This document shows positions 16,189 to 25,329 of a stretch of DNA of 32,000 bases, piece after piece. Every line of letters starts with the position of its first letter. The first letter of the stretch is position 1. The notes beneath the pieces are model-generated. The model was not told where the DNA came from, searched no databases, and was given only the letters and a program-made list of their open reading frames with translations. The position numbers were made by a program, and so were the translations under genes. Source of the stretch: Planctomycetota bacterium. Lineage in GTDB: Bacteria > Planctomycetota > Planctomycetia > Pirellulales > Pirellulaceae. The DNA lies in NCBI GenBank assembly GCA_026692865.1, contig JAPLNI010000057.1, positions 460,476 through 492,475 of the forward strand. Reading direction: 5' to 3'.

Positions 16189-17460
16189 TTAGGAGAAGGT
16201 CCCGGTGCTGGTTCCGAATGACTCGGCAGGGATCCCGAGTCTTTGAATGATATCGAGGAATAAATTACAAAGCGGAACTCGCTGCGTCATATTCTTAAAT
16301 TCACCTTTACCGTAACCACCACCGGCCATGATGATTGGCAAGTCATCGTTGGTGTGCGAGTTCGCATCGGCAATACCACTTCCAAATAGCACTGCTGTCG
16401 AATCCAAAAGCGATCTGTCACCGTCGTTGATCTCAGCAAGGCGCGAGAGGAACTTGCTGAAGTGTTCGATTTGGTAGTGTTCCAATTTCATGAGGTCAGC
16501 GATTGCTTGTTCGTCATTGCCGTGATGAGACAGCCCGTGATAGGACTTGTCGATGCCTAAGTCTTGGGGCAAGAAGCTTCCACCAATTTCCAGCGTTGCG
16601 ACTCGGGTCGAGTCGGTCTGGAGAGCCAACGCGATCATCTCGTATAGCAATGGCAAATCATGAACCGTGTTGCGATCAGCGGGCCGGTCTAAAGGGGCCT
16701 TGGGCTTCGGATGATCTATCCACTGCGACTTGGCTTGGAGTCGCTTTTCAACGTCTCGTACTGACGTAAGGTATTGGTCAAGTTTGGCGTTGTCTTCGCG
16801 ATTGATTTGACTTGATAGGGCTCGTGCTTCATCGACCATGGAGTCCAAGATAGAAGCTTGTAAGCCGTTTGCAATTTTTTGCTTTTCGCGCTGTCCCAAT
16901 GAATCTTCCACAAAGAGCTTTGCAAAAAGCGCCCCCGGACCTGTAATCGGAGCGACACGTATACCAGAACGAGTCCAAGCTAATTGACACCCACCGTGAA
17001 TGCCATCTTCGGAGCCAACTGTGAGCGATGCAAATCGAGTTTGATTACCGATCGCATCGGCGATGAATTGGTCGACGGTAACGTTCCCGTCGGGGCGATT
17101 TTTAGCTTCATGGTGAAGTACTCCTGACAAGAAAGTATGAACCGCAAAGTGTCCGCCTTTCAACCCGTGATTTAAGCCTCGGTAAACCGTCATCTGATCA
17201 CGTAGCGGTTCAAGCGGATCTAGCAACTTCGTCGATTCGAATTCCTTGCCGACCGTTTCAGGAAATAGTTGTTTGCGTTGAAAGCCAAGTAAATTCCCGA
17301 TCGCTACGAATCTACGAGCACTGACGCCCGCACCCGGTGCGACATCAACGACCGACCGCTTACCGACTGCATCTTCAGCGAATGATGGCAAGGCAGGGAT
17401 CGCTAAGGCTCCTGCAACGGACTTCATCACAAAACGACGGCGTGAGAGGGACGGATGCAT
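16189..17460 (-). CDS. DUF1552 domain protein with a twin-arginine signal (function unknown; usual partner of the DUF1592 family)
   Basis: 423-aa ORF. N-terminus MHPSLSRRRFVMKSVAGALAIPALP (Tat-like). HGLSHHGND motif. Ends 49 bp upstream of the DUF1592-family gene on the same strand. Confidence 0.85.
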   Translation of the reverse strand: MHPSLSRRRFVMKSVAGALAIPALPSFAEDAVGKRSVVDVAPGAGVSARRFVAIGNLLGFQRKQLFPETVGKEFESTKLLDPLEPLRDQMTVYRGLNHGLKGGHFAVHTFLSGVLHHEAKNRPDGNVTVDQFIADAIGNQTRFASLTVGSEDGIHGGCQLAWTRSGIRVAPITGPGALFAKLFVEDSLGQREKQKIANGLQASILDSMVDEARALSSQINREDNAKLDQYLTSVRDVEKRLQAKSQWIDHPKPKAPLDRPADRNTVHDLPLLYEMIALALQTDSTRVATLEIGGSFLPQDLGIDKSYHGLSHHGNDEQAIADLMKLEHYQIEHFSKFLSRLAEINDGDRSLLDSTAVLFGSGIADANSHTNDDLPIIMAGGGYGKGEFKNMTQRVPLCNLFLDIIQRLGIPAESFGTSTGTFS

Positions 17461-17852
17461 CGCTGAAACTCCAGAAGTTTGCTAGGTGTGGGATTCTGAT
17501 CGAATCGATGTTGGCGGGAAGGGAGCAAAACGACTACCCTCTCTTTAGATTGTAAATCGTTTACTCAGGAAAATCTAGACAACGAGCCTAATCGACAGCG
17601 GTCGCCACTAAAGAACCTGCATGGATCAATCTAGTACAAGCCGTATGACTTGCTATCACTGCCCTCGAAAAGCATGTTGTTAACTAGTAATCTAACGATT
17701 TACAAAGACAACACTCCCTAAGAAAACAAGTTTTTACGATCGATTGGTTTCGCGGCATGGCGATTGCTCCTTGTATCAATAATCTTTTACAGAGGGGTCG
17801 AGAAAGACCCGGCGTGGCGGTGAAAGAATCTAATAATCAAAGGAAGTAAATC

Positions 17853-18026
17853 ATGTTAAATTGGGCTTTCAGTTTTCTAGTCTTGGCTCTTGTTGCAGCT
17901 GTTCTTGGATTCGGAGGAATTGCAGCCGGAGCATCGGAGATTGCGAAAATTCTTTTCTTCGTATTCTTGGTTATGTTCATCGTTAGTTTTTTCATCAACG
18001 CGACTCGGGGAAAGCCACTCGCTTAA
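17853..18026 (+). CDS. DUF1328 (UPF0391) small membrane protein, 57 aa
   Basis: Below the ORF-track size cutoff and found by manual translation: [63 protein letters not shown] lies 7 nt upstream of the ATG. The family signature LGFGGIAxxA...AKILFFVFL is present. Confidence 0.8.
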   Translation: MLNWAFSFLVLALVAAVLGFGGIAAGASEIAKILFFVFLVMFIVSFFINATRGKPLA

Positions 18027-18033
18027 AGACCTT

Positions 18034-18055
18034 GGTTCTTCCGGGAATTTAGTGG
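18034..18055 (+). repeat. ISL3 terminal inverted repeat (transposase-distal end): GGTTCTTCCGGGAATTTAGTGG
   Basis: Its reverse complement matches 18679-18700 at 21 of 22 positions. Confidence 0.8.
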
Positions 18056-18638
18056 CTAAGGGTTTTCTAGCGTGAGATCGAGTTTGCCGCAGAAGAATAA
18101 GATTCGCGTTCGGTAGTTATCGAAATTGCGGAATCCTCTAGCAACGCTTTTGATCGATACCAATATTCTCAATACCATCGAGTTGTCTTCGATCGAGACC
18201 GCGACTAACCGCTCGCTTCATCATCTCGTTGTTTGCACTCCAGTCCAGGTCAAGAAGAACCGCAGCAGCCTTGATTGTGGAGCGTATTTGAATGACCCCA
18301 ATGGCAATCCGTTCAAAGAGTAGTGTGAACCGCGAGTGTTTATCAGCCCAAGGTACGGCGATCGTAAGAACACCGCACTGTTCACATTTACTTCTGGGTA
18401 CCGATGCGTGAATCTAAGTGACGAATTGCATTGTATCTAGATGCCTCCAAGTCTGCGTGGCGGCCATATCCGCTTTAGAACAAACACCCTGGCAGCCAGG
18501 GCACGACAACGCCTTGCGTGAGTGCTCAATGTGGATGTCGACCCTCTTCTTATCGGGCTGAAATTCCACCGAGGTCACAGTCCAAGAGGTGTCTAAACCA
18601 AGTAACGCATGATCATGTTTTGTGGTAAGCTCGTTCAT
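18056..18638 (-). pseudogene. ISL3-family transposase pseudogene (N-terminal ~165 aa plus C-terminal 33 aa; in-frame TAG; DDE core deleted)
   Basis: From 18638: MNELTTKHDH...CPGCQGVCSKA...WRHLDTMQFVT, then a TAG at 18414-18416. The same frame continues IHASVPRSKCEQCGVLTIAVPWADKHSRFTLLFERIAIGV...IENIGIDQKRC, stopping at 18138. A different frame over 18157-18056 reads SIKSVARGFRNFDNYRTRILFFCGKLDLTLENP*, the conserved ISL3 C-terminus. Confidence 0.8.
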
Positions 18639-18678
18639 CCGCTAACGATTACCCTAACGGCGGCTTTTTCTCACCTAC

Positions 18679-18700
18679 CCACTAAACTCCCGGAAGAACC
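18679..18700 (-). repeat. ISL3 terminal inverted repeat (transposase-proximal end): CCACTAAACTCCCGGAAGAACC
   Basis: Partner of 18034-18055. Similarity continues weakly for a few bases inward. Confidence 0.8.
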
Positions 18701-19047
18701 TTTATTTTATCTATCGATCTCATTTTTCACGCGATGATTGGCAACTGTCTTTCTGTCAGCCCGGCAAATTCATGCTTTCGAAAAACGAAGTAGTTTTAGC
18801 GATTCATAATTTGCTTTGCTTACTTTTGTCGACGATGGTTTTTTTGATGCTCCGAAGAGCTTTCACACGTTCTTGTAGAGAACTCAATTGCAATCCAAAA
18901 TGTCCCGATTACCGACGATCTATCGGAATCGTCCAGGATAGTTTGTCTTTGCCCTATCAAGTGCGAGCCTCGATGCATACGATCCAGAACCAGTGACGAA
19001 TCCGTTTCTGAATTACCGGTGTCCATGAAGGCAAGGAATCCAAAGCT

Positions 19048-19743
19048 ATGCGATTACCACATCCGGAGCTACACCGAACAGATCGAATTGGATGGCTTCG
19101 CGCCGCGGTGCTTGGCGCCAACGATGGAATTGTTTCCACGGCAAGCCTTGTTGTTGGAGTTGCAGCAGCGAATACTGGCAGCAATGAAATTCTTGTTGCC
19201 GGAGTCGCTGGATTAGTAGCCGGTGCGATGTCGATGGCTGCAGGCGAGTACGTTTCAGTGAGTTCGCAAGCCGACACTGAAAAGGCAGATACGGAACGTG
19301 AGCGAGCCGAGTTGGAAGCGGACCCTGTTCATGAGCACGCAGAACTCGCTGCGATCTACGAAAAGCGCGGGCTTGATGCGCAACTCGCGAGCCAAGTAGC
19401 GGTTCAATTGATGAAGCATGATGCGCTGGGGGCCCATTCGCGGGATGAGCTCGGGATTTCTGACACACTGAGTGCTCGGCCTGTGCAAGCTGCTTTTGCA
19501 TCGGCCGGAACATTTGCAATCGGTGCAGCGATGCCACTGTTGACCGCGATTGCTACGCCGCAGGCTATGTTAATACCGGTTGTTGTCGCCACATCCATTT
19601 TGTTCCTTGCGCTATTGGGCGGTTTCGGAGCTTATGCGGGTGGTGCACCTTGGTTGAAAGCGGCCGTGCGAGTTACATTTTGGGGCGCACTTGCGATGGC
19701 GATCACTGCTGGCGTTGGTGCAATATTCGGGGCGACTGCTTAA
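19048..19743 (+). CDS. VIT1/CCC1 family iron/manganese transporter
   Basis: 231-aa ORF. Hallmark WLRAAVLGANDGIVSTASLVVGVAAA. The central hydrophilic loop is rich in E/D. C-terminal transmembrane segments are present. Confidence 0.9.
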   Translation: MRLPHPELHRTDRIGWLRAAVLGANDGIVSTASLVVGVAAANTGSNEILVAGVAGLVAGAMSMAAGEYVSVSSQADTEKADTERERAELEADPVHEHAELAAIYEKRGLDAQLASQVAVQLMKHDALGAHSRDELGISDTLSARPVQAAFASAGTFAIGAAMPLLTAIATPQAMLIPVVVATSILFLALLGGFGAYAGGAPWLKAAVRVTFWGALAMAITAGVGAIFGATA

Positions 19744-19915
19744 GCTTCGTCTACATGCGGGTAGTTTTAGCGATTAATGCAAGATAGTTTCCGCTTGTGA
19801 GTAAATTCAAGTTCTGTTCATGTTCAACTCCCGAATATGGTTCTCATGTTTTTAATAACTTCGAGGATTGAATCTGGATTTGACTTTCAGATAGCTCTTG
19901 GGAACTGCGTTCAAA

Positions 19916-20641
19916 CTATGCCCATTGTTGTCTGAAGCTTAAAGGAGTGAATCCTGTGGCTTTCTTGAATGCTCGCGAGAAGGCGCTGTGATCGAAGTAA
20001 CCACAGATCTGAGCGATCTCCGAAATGGTCATGTCGGTTTGGAGTAACAGGCTAGAGGCTTTGCCGATTCGGCTCTTGGACAGATACTGAGTTGGCGTCA
20101 AGCCGAATACCAGCTTCATCGTTTTTGCAAATCGGTGATTCGGCATTTTGGCAAGCTTAGCTAACCAAGAGGGAGACGCCTCCGGCGCGAGATCTTGCTC
20201 GAACACTTCCAGCGCTCGAGCAAATGAAGTTGGAACGGTAGATGGTTCTACTGCTGATCGAACATCCTTCGAGAAACCCATGATACCGATCGTCTTACCG
20301 GCGTCATCTTTGAGCGGTAGTTTCGTTGTTAAACACCAAACAGGTCGTCCAGGCATCTCCCACTGCATCTCCAAATGATCGACGATCGAAACGCCCGTAC
20401 GGAGAATCAGATTGTCTTGCTCGGAAGGGATTCTTCCAAAGTCACCACTACAAATGTCTGAAGGTCTTTTGCCCAGAACTTCAGACTTGTTGGCAAACCC
20501 ATGCCGCGCGATCAATGATTGATTAATCGCGACATACTTGCCGTCTGCGTCTTTGATAAAAAATGCCATATCAGATACCTGATCGAAAAGCTGCTCCAGT
20601 GCAGTCAAGGGAACTGTTGTCAAATGGCGTGCGGTACTCAT
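19916..20641 (-). CDS. AraC-family transcriptional regulator with an N-terminal PAS sensor domain
   Basis: PAS-like region LEQLFDQVSDMAFFIKDADGKYVAINQSL...GIMGFSKDV. C-terminal AraC helix-turn-helix ISEIAQICGYFDHSAFSRAFKKATGFTPLSFR. The ORF is open to 20770, but MSTARH at 20641 is the more plausible start. Transcribed divergently from the enzyme array. Confidence 0.8.
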   Translation of the reverse strand: MSTARHLTTVPLTALEQLFDQVSDMAFFIKDADGKYVAINQSLIARHGFANKSEVLGKRPSDICSGDFGRIPSEQDNLILRTGVSIVDHLEMQWEMPGRPVWCLTTKLPLKDDAGKTIGIMGFSKDVRSAVEPSTVPTSFARALEVFEQDLAPEASPSWLAKLAKMPNHRFAKTMKLVFGLTPTQYLSKSRIGKASSLLLQTDMTISEIAQICGYFDHSAFSRAFKKATGFTPLSFRQQWA

Positions 20642-20781
20642 TGTGCGCGTTTCGATGGTCGATGATGCTAGATGTGCAAGAATTGAGGATGCCGATAGCT
20701 TAAAATCTTCAATAATAGCGATTAGTACCCGCGTAAGTTGAGGCAATAAATCAAGTTTTATTGATCTCAATCAACTGATTT

Positions 20782-20821
20782 AATTGCAATTGTGAGACAA
20801 ATTGCAAGCAAGGTGTGCAAT
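20782..20821. promoter_or_regulatory. Candidate operator: AATTGCAA direct repeat (20782-20789 and 20800-20807) plus a related GTGCAATA (20814-20821) in the araC/enolase divergent region
   Basis: Sequence repeats only, with no experimental or comparative support. AraC regulators commonly bind direct repeats. Confidence 0.2.
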
Positions 20822-20902
20822 AGGTTATTTTACACAAAACACGTCGACTGTGCGCGTTGGTACTAGAAATCAAAGCTCGTTCCTCATCGAAGAAAGTTTA
20901 AT

Positions 20903-22006
20903 TTGAAGATCACTCGTATCTTTGCCCACCGTGTTGAACTGCCGCTTCATGAAGGCTCTTACAAATGGTCGGGTGGGAAGTCTGTTTCCATCTTTGACAG
21001 CACGATCATTGGAGTTGAAACTGATTCGGGATTGATCGGCTACGGGGAGGTGTGTCCGCTCGGTCCTTTCTACTTGCCGGCTTATGCGGAAGGTGTTCGT
21101 GCAGGCCTTCGGGAACTATCACCTCACTTGATTGGCTTTGATCCTTGTGAGCTTTGGAAATTGAATTATCGAATGGATGCGGTTTTGAAGGGGCATCCCT
21201 ATGTCAAATCAGGCATCGATATTGCATGTTGGGATATTCTTGGTAAAGCAACCGGATTGGCTGTTTGCGAGTTGTTGGGCGGAAGATTTGGCGACAGTAT
21301 CAGACTTTATCGAGCCATCTCACAGACACCTCCCGATGAGATGGCTGCTAATGTGGCTGGCTATCGATCTGAAGGCTACACTCGCTTCCAGTTGAAAGTC
21401 GGAGGTGATCCTGACCAAGACATTGAACGCATTCGTCAGGTGAGGGCTATTCTGCCTGCAAGCAATCGATTAGTCGCCGATGCCAATACCGGTTGGACTC
21501 AGCATGAAGCCATGCGTGTCGTGCGGGCAGTAAGGGATCTGGATGTTTATATTGAGCAACCATGTTTAACTTATGAAGAGTGTCTTGCGGTGCGGCGCAA
21601 CACAGATCATCCATTCGTACTAGATGAAAATATCGATGGTCTTGATATGTTGCTGAGAGCCAAGGCTGATCTCGCGATGGATGTTGTCAATCTCAAGATC
21701 AGTAAGCTTGGTGGACTTACAAAGACTGCTCAGTTACGCGATCTTTGCGTCAGCATGGGAATCGCGATGACACTAGAAGACAGTTGGGGCGGCGATATCG
21801 CAACCGCCGCTATCGCGCATCTCGCACACAGTACACCCGAGGAGTATCGCTTTACGAGTACCGATTTCAACAGCTATGTTTCGGTTTGCAATGCTACCGG
21901 TGCTCCTCAGCGCGAAAACGGATTCATGAAAGCATCGTTTCTGCCGGGATTAGGAATCGAGCCAAGGTTTGAAGTGATTGGCCCAAGACTCGTTGTAGTA
22001 GATTAG
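20903..22006 (+). CDS. Enolase-superfamily enzyme (mandelate racemase / muconate lactonizing enzyme family); substrate not assignable
   Basis: 367-aa ORF with a TTG start. Barrel motifs [45 protein letters not shown] supply the expected metal ligands (D/E/D) and the Lys acid/base. Confidence 0.85.
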   Translation: MKITRIFAHRVELPLHEGSYKWSGGKSVSIFDSTIIGVETDSGLIGYGEVCPLGPFYLPAYAEGVRAGLRELSPHLIGFDPCELWKLNYRMDAVLKGHPYVKSGIDIACWDILGKATGLAVCELLGGRFGDSIRLYRAISQTPPDEMAANVAGYRSEGYTRFQLKVGGDPDQDIERIRQVRAILPASNRLVADANTGWTQHEAMRVVRAVRDLDVYIEQPCLTYEECLAVRRNTDHPFVLDENIDGLDMLLRAKADLAMDVVNLKISKLGGLTKTAQLRDLCVSMGIAMTLEDSWGGDIATAAIAHLAHSTPEEYRFTSTDFNSYVSVCNATGAPQRENGFMKASFLPGLGIEPRFEVIGPRLVVVD

Positions 22007-22016
22007 GAATTACGTC

Positions 22017-23147
22017 ATGGACAAACAAGGCGACTGCCGAAGTGAATCAACCTCTTTTTCGAATTGTTTCCTTCGAGGAATTGCGCTTTGGAGTGTACTT
22101 CTTTCGTTAACGGTAGCCTCAGTAGCTCCAGCAGAAGACGTTCCAAACTTTTTACCAAAGACCGATGGGCAATTGGCTGAACAAGCCAAGCCGATCAAAG
22201 TCTACGTCATGCTTGGGCAATCGAACATGCTCGGCTTTGGTCGTGTCGGGCCTAAGGAGACGAAAGGGTCGCTTGAATACGTGGTCAAAGAATCAGGCAA
22301 GTATCCGCATCTGGTTGACAAGTTCGGGAACTGGCTTGTTCGGCGTGACGTTCGATACGTTCATGTTATGGATAAGCGCGGTGTCGATTACAAAAACTTG
22401 GAAATATTTGGTGTTGTCCGCAATGAGTGGCTGGTTCCGAATAAATCATTTGGCCCAGAGCTCGGCTTCGGTCATGTGATAGGATACTACCATGAAGAAC
22501 CGGTGTTGTTGTTAAAGGCCTGCATTGGCAATCGTAGTCTTGGATGGGACCTGCTTCCTCCGGGTAGCGGGCGTTTCGAACATGAGGGGAAGATTTATGC
22601 GGGTTACAAAGACATCGCCAACTTTTGGGATAAAGGTACCGAGCCGCAACCGGTTTCATGGTATGCCGGTCGACAGTACGACGCAGACGTCGCGCATGCA
22701 AAGGCTGTTTTAAAGGATCTCGCAACTTATTACCCGGATTACAAAGGCCAGGGTTATGAAGTGGCCGGCTTCGTATGGTGGCAGGGGCACAAAGACCAAA
22801 GTGCGGCACTTGCCGGTCGCTACGAACAAAATTTAGTGCAGCTGATCAAGTCGTTGCGAACAGACTTTGAATCGCCGAATGCCAAGTTTGTGATAGCTAC
22901 TGGTTGTGGAAATCCGGGCACTGAAAGCTTCGGCAAGCAAATCGCCGAAGCTCAACTGGCAGTCGATGGCAATTCGGACAAGTACCCAGAATTCAAAGGC
23001 AATGTTAAGTCAGTCGACACTCGCGACCTCTGGCGAGCCGCAGACGAATCTCCCATCAACCAAAGCCACCACTACAACCATAACGCTGAAACTTATTACG
23101 AGACCGGCGAACGTCTTGGTCGAGCCATGGCGCAGCTCTTACCGTAG
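22017..23147 (+). CDS. Secreted SASA/DUF303-type SGNH esterase (sialate O-acetylesterase-like carbohydrate esterase)
   Basis: 376-aa ORF with a hydrophobic signal region (ALWSVLLSLTVASVAPA). Catalytic-Ser motif VYVMLGQSNMLGFG. FVWWQGHKD block. Starts 10 bp after the preceding gene. Confidence 0.75.
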   Translation: MDKQGDCRSESTSFSNCFLRGIALWSVLLSLTVASVAPAEDVPNFLPKTDGQLAEQAKPIKVYVMLGQSNMLGFGRVGPKETKGSLEYVVKESGKYPHLVDKFGNWLVRRDVRYVHVMDKRGVDYKNLEIFGVVRNEWLVPNKSFGPELGFGHVIGYYHEEPVLLLKACIGNRSLGWDLLPPGSGRFEHEGKIYAGYKDIANFWDKGTEPQPVSWYAGRQYDADVAHAKAVLKDLATYYPDYKGQGYEVAGFVWWQGHKDQSAALAGRYEQNLVQLIKSLRTDFESPNAKFVIATGCGNPGTESFGKQIAEAQLAVDGNSDKYPEFKGNVKSVDTRDLWRAADESPINQSHHYNHNAETYYETGERLGRAMAQLLP

Positions 23148-23234
23148 AGCGGACTACTGGTAATTGGCTTGTTGTGAATCGCTTCATTGGTCTTTAAGAC
23201 AATCGTTAGCTCACTCTATAAGAGTCCTGAATCT

Positions 23235-25325
23235 ATGAAATTCTATAATGACTACCATCAGCGTTTCGTCGCGTCGTTAGCGTTGGCTCTTTTTCTGACG
23301 ATCTTCACTACGCCTTACCAACTGTCTGCACAAACTTTTAAAAACGACTCCGGTTGGCGAAACCATGCGGAAGCTCGATTGAAGGGGATTTATGATCGTG
23401 GTGACTTTCGCGCGAAGAAGTTCCAGCCGACATGGCTAAAGGACAGCTCAGGCGTCGTCAGCGAAGAAGTTGATCCTGAAACGAAGAAGCCCTCTCGATG
23501 GTTTTTTGATGCGAGGTCGGGCGAGCGGAGGACCTTTGATTCGGATGATGAGTTTCCCGAACAAGACAACAAGCGTCGTTCTTCGCACGGTACATTGCGA
23601 CTTGAATCACGAGCTTCGAAACTTGTGGCCGTCGATCGCGAGAATCAAGAGAAGATCGTGCTGGTATCGAATGCATCAGATCGTGAGATCGAGTACCGCA
23701 ATCCCAAATGGAGTCCCGATGAAACGCGAGTGCTGTTTCTTGAATCGGACTATACCGATGTTCGACAGCGATCTGTTTTGTTGCCTAGCGATCCATCCTA
23801 CCCTGAAGTGCAACAAAATCGCTTTGCCAGAGTGGGCGGTGATATTGAGAAGTTGAGAATCGGAGTAGTGAATGCGGATGGGGCGCAGTTGAATTGGCTA
23901 CCGATTGAATGCCCCGAGGATGGTATGTATCTGGGTCAAGTTGAATGGGCTGGCAACTCGGAAGAAGTACTTGTGGAAAAGTTCAGTCGCTTCCGAGACA
24001 AACGAGATTTCCTGCTTATTAACAAGAGCGGCGCAGTTCAAACGATCTTCTCCGAGACCAACGATGCGTGGGTTGAGGCCAGTCAAGGAAAGAACTCTGG
24101 ACTGGTTTGGATTAAGGGGGGCAAAGAGTTTGTCGTCATTAGTGAAAAGGATGGTTGGAGACACGCCTATCGATACTCGCGCGACGGAAAGGAGTTGGCG
24201 TTGCTGACTCCTGGAGACTATGACATTATCGATCGCGCAGTAATTGATGAAGAACGAGGATGGTATTACTACTACGCGTCGCCAAAGGATGGAACGCAAA
24301 AGTACTTGTATCGAGTCGCACTCGATGGCTCTGGAGAAGCACAACGTATCTCGCCGGAAGATCAAGTCGGTACTCACGGCTATCTGTTTTCACCTGATGC
24401 TAAGTGGGCAATTCACACTTACTCCACTTTGGACTTGCCACCAGTTCACACGCTTGTCGAAATCGACACGCACCGTGTGGTGAGCTCTCTCGAAGACAAT
24501 AGTCTTGTCCGCGAAAAGATGAAGTCGATTGATTTGCTTCCCACTGAGTTTCTCAAGTTAGATATTGGCAACGATATAGTCTTTGACGCGTGGATGGTAA
24601 AGCCCAAGGACTTCGATGTAACAAAGAAGTACCCGATTTTCATCTATGTCTACGGTGAACCTCATGCCCAAACGGTGTTGAATGAATGGGGAGCGGCTCA
24701 AATTGATTTCAACCGCCTTGTTGCCGAGCTAGGTTACGTCGTGGTGTCGATCGATAATCGAGGAACTCCGGCTCCCAAGGGTGCCGCATGGCGGAGAGCA
24801 ATTTTTGGAAGCTTGGGACCTCTGTCGACGGAAGAGCAAGAAGCTGGCTTAAAAGCGCTCGCAAAACAATGCCCGTTCATTGACTTGACCCGCGTTGGAA
24901 TATGGGGATGGAGCGGTGGCGGTTCGAATACGCTAAATGCCATGTTTCGCAAGCCGGATTCTTACCATGTCGGAATCGCGGTTGTCCCGAAACCGCAACC
25001 GCATCTTTACAACGCATGGTTTCAGGAAATTTACATGCGCGATCGAGAGGTCAATGCTGAAGGTTATCAGCGCGCTGCACCTATCAACTTCGCCGAGGGG
25101 CTCCAAGGAAAGCTGCTGATTATGACGGGTTCGGGCGAGACGAATACCCATATTCAAATCATCGAAGGGTTGGTCGACAAGTTGATCGCCCTTGGGAAAC
25201 CCTTCGACTACATGGTGTATCCCAATCGGGATCATGGCCTGCGCGAAGGGGAAGGGACGCTGGTGCATGTTAGAATGCACATTTTGAGATACTTGCTACA
25301 AAATTTGCCTGCCGGGCCGAAGTGA
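23235..25325 (+). CDS. Dipeptidyl-peptidase IV-like serine peptidase (S9B: DPP-IV N-terminal propeller plus alpha/beta-hydrolase domain)
   Basis: Signal-like FVASLALALFLTIFTTPYQLSAQ. Nucleophile elbow GIWGWSGGG. His motif YPNRDHGL. The ORF is open from a TTG at 23187, and the ATG at 23235 is preferred. Confidence 0.85.
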   Translation: MKFYNDYHQRFVASLALALFLTIFTTPYQLSAQTFKNDSGWRNHAEARLKGIYDRGDFRAKKFQPTWLKDSSGVVSEEVDPETKKPSRWFFDARSGERRTFDSDDEFPEQDNKRRSSHGTLRLESRASKLVAVDRENQEKIVLVSNASDREIEYRNPKWSPDETRVLFLESDYTDVRQRSVLLPSDPSYPEVQQNRFARVGGDIEKLRIGVVNADGAQLNWLPIECPEDGMYLGQVEWAGNSEEVLVEKFSRFRDKRDFLLINKSGAVQTIFSETNDAWVEASQGKNSGLVWIKGGKEFVVISEKDGWRHAYRYSRDGKELALLTPGDYDIIDRAVIDEERGWYYYYASPKDGTQKYLYRVALDGSGEAQRISPEDQVGTHGYLFSPDAKWAIHTYSTLDLPPVHTLVEIDTHRVVSSLEDNSLVREKMKSIDLLPTEFLKLDIGNDIVFDAWMVKPKDFDVTKKYPIFIYVYGEPHAQTVLNEWGAAQIDFNRLVAELGYVVVSIDNRGTPAPKGAAWRRAIFGSLGPLSTEEQEAGLKALAKQCPFIDLTRVGIWGWSGGGSNTLNAMFRKPDSYHVGIAVVPKPQPHLYNAWFQEIYMRDREVNAEGYQRAAPINFAEGLQGKLLIMTGSGETNTHIQIIEGLVDKLIALGKPFDYMVYPNRDHGLREGEGTLVHVRMHILRYLLQNLPAGPK

Positions 25326-25329
25326 GATC

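Larger units (their letters stand above)
18034..18700 (-). mobile_element. Internally deleted, non-autonomous ISL3-family insertion sequence (667 bp) with both terminal inverted repeats retained
   Basis: Terminal inverted repeats match at 21 of 22 positions. Between them lie an N-terminal transposase fragment and, in a different frame, the C-terminal ISL3 signature. The DDE core is missing. Confidence 0.8.

Noticed and set aside
18701-19047. Search for a metal-responsive riboswitch or a Fur/Irr-type box upstream of the VIT gene
   Set aside because: I could not recognise yybP-ykoY-like conserved loops, a Fur 19-mer or an ICE-type palindrome. The region is only AT-rich sequence with the short ORF 18772-18996, which has no recognisable features.
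18789-19775. Exact 15-bp direct repeat GTAGTTTTAGCGATT at 18789-18803 and 19761-19775, flanking the VIT transporter gene (possible att-like or cassette boundaries)
   Set aside because: The expected number of chance 15-mer direct repeats in 32 kb is about 0.5, so this one is not statistically remarkable. Similarity does not extend beyond the 15 bp, and no integrase is nearby. It is worth a glance only if comparative data show the VIT gene is variably present.
20642-20770. The upstream 43 codons of the AraC ORF as part of the protein
   Set aside because: The segment has no PAS or helix-turn-helix content, and the conserved PAS domain begins right after MSTARH at 20641. It is more plausibly part of the divergent promoter region, though the longer form cannot be excluded.
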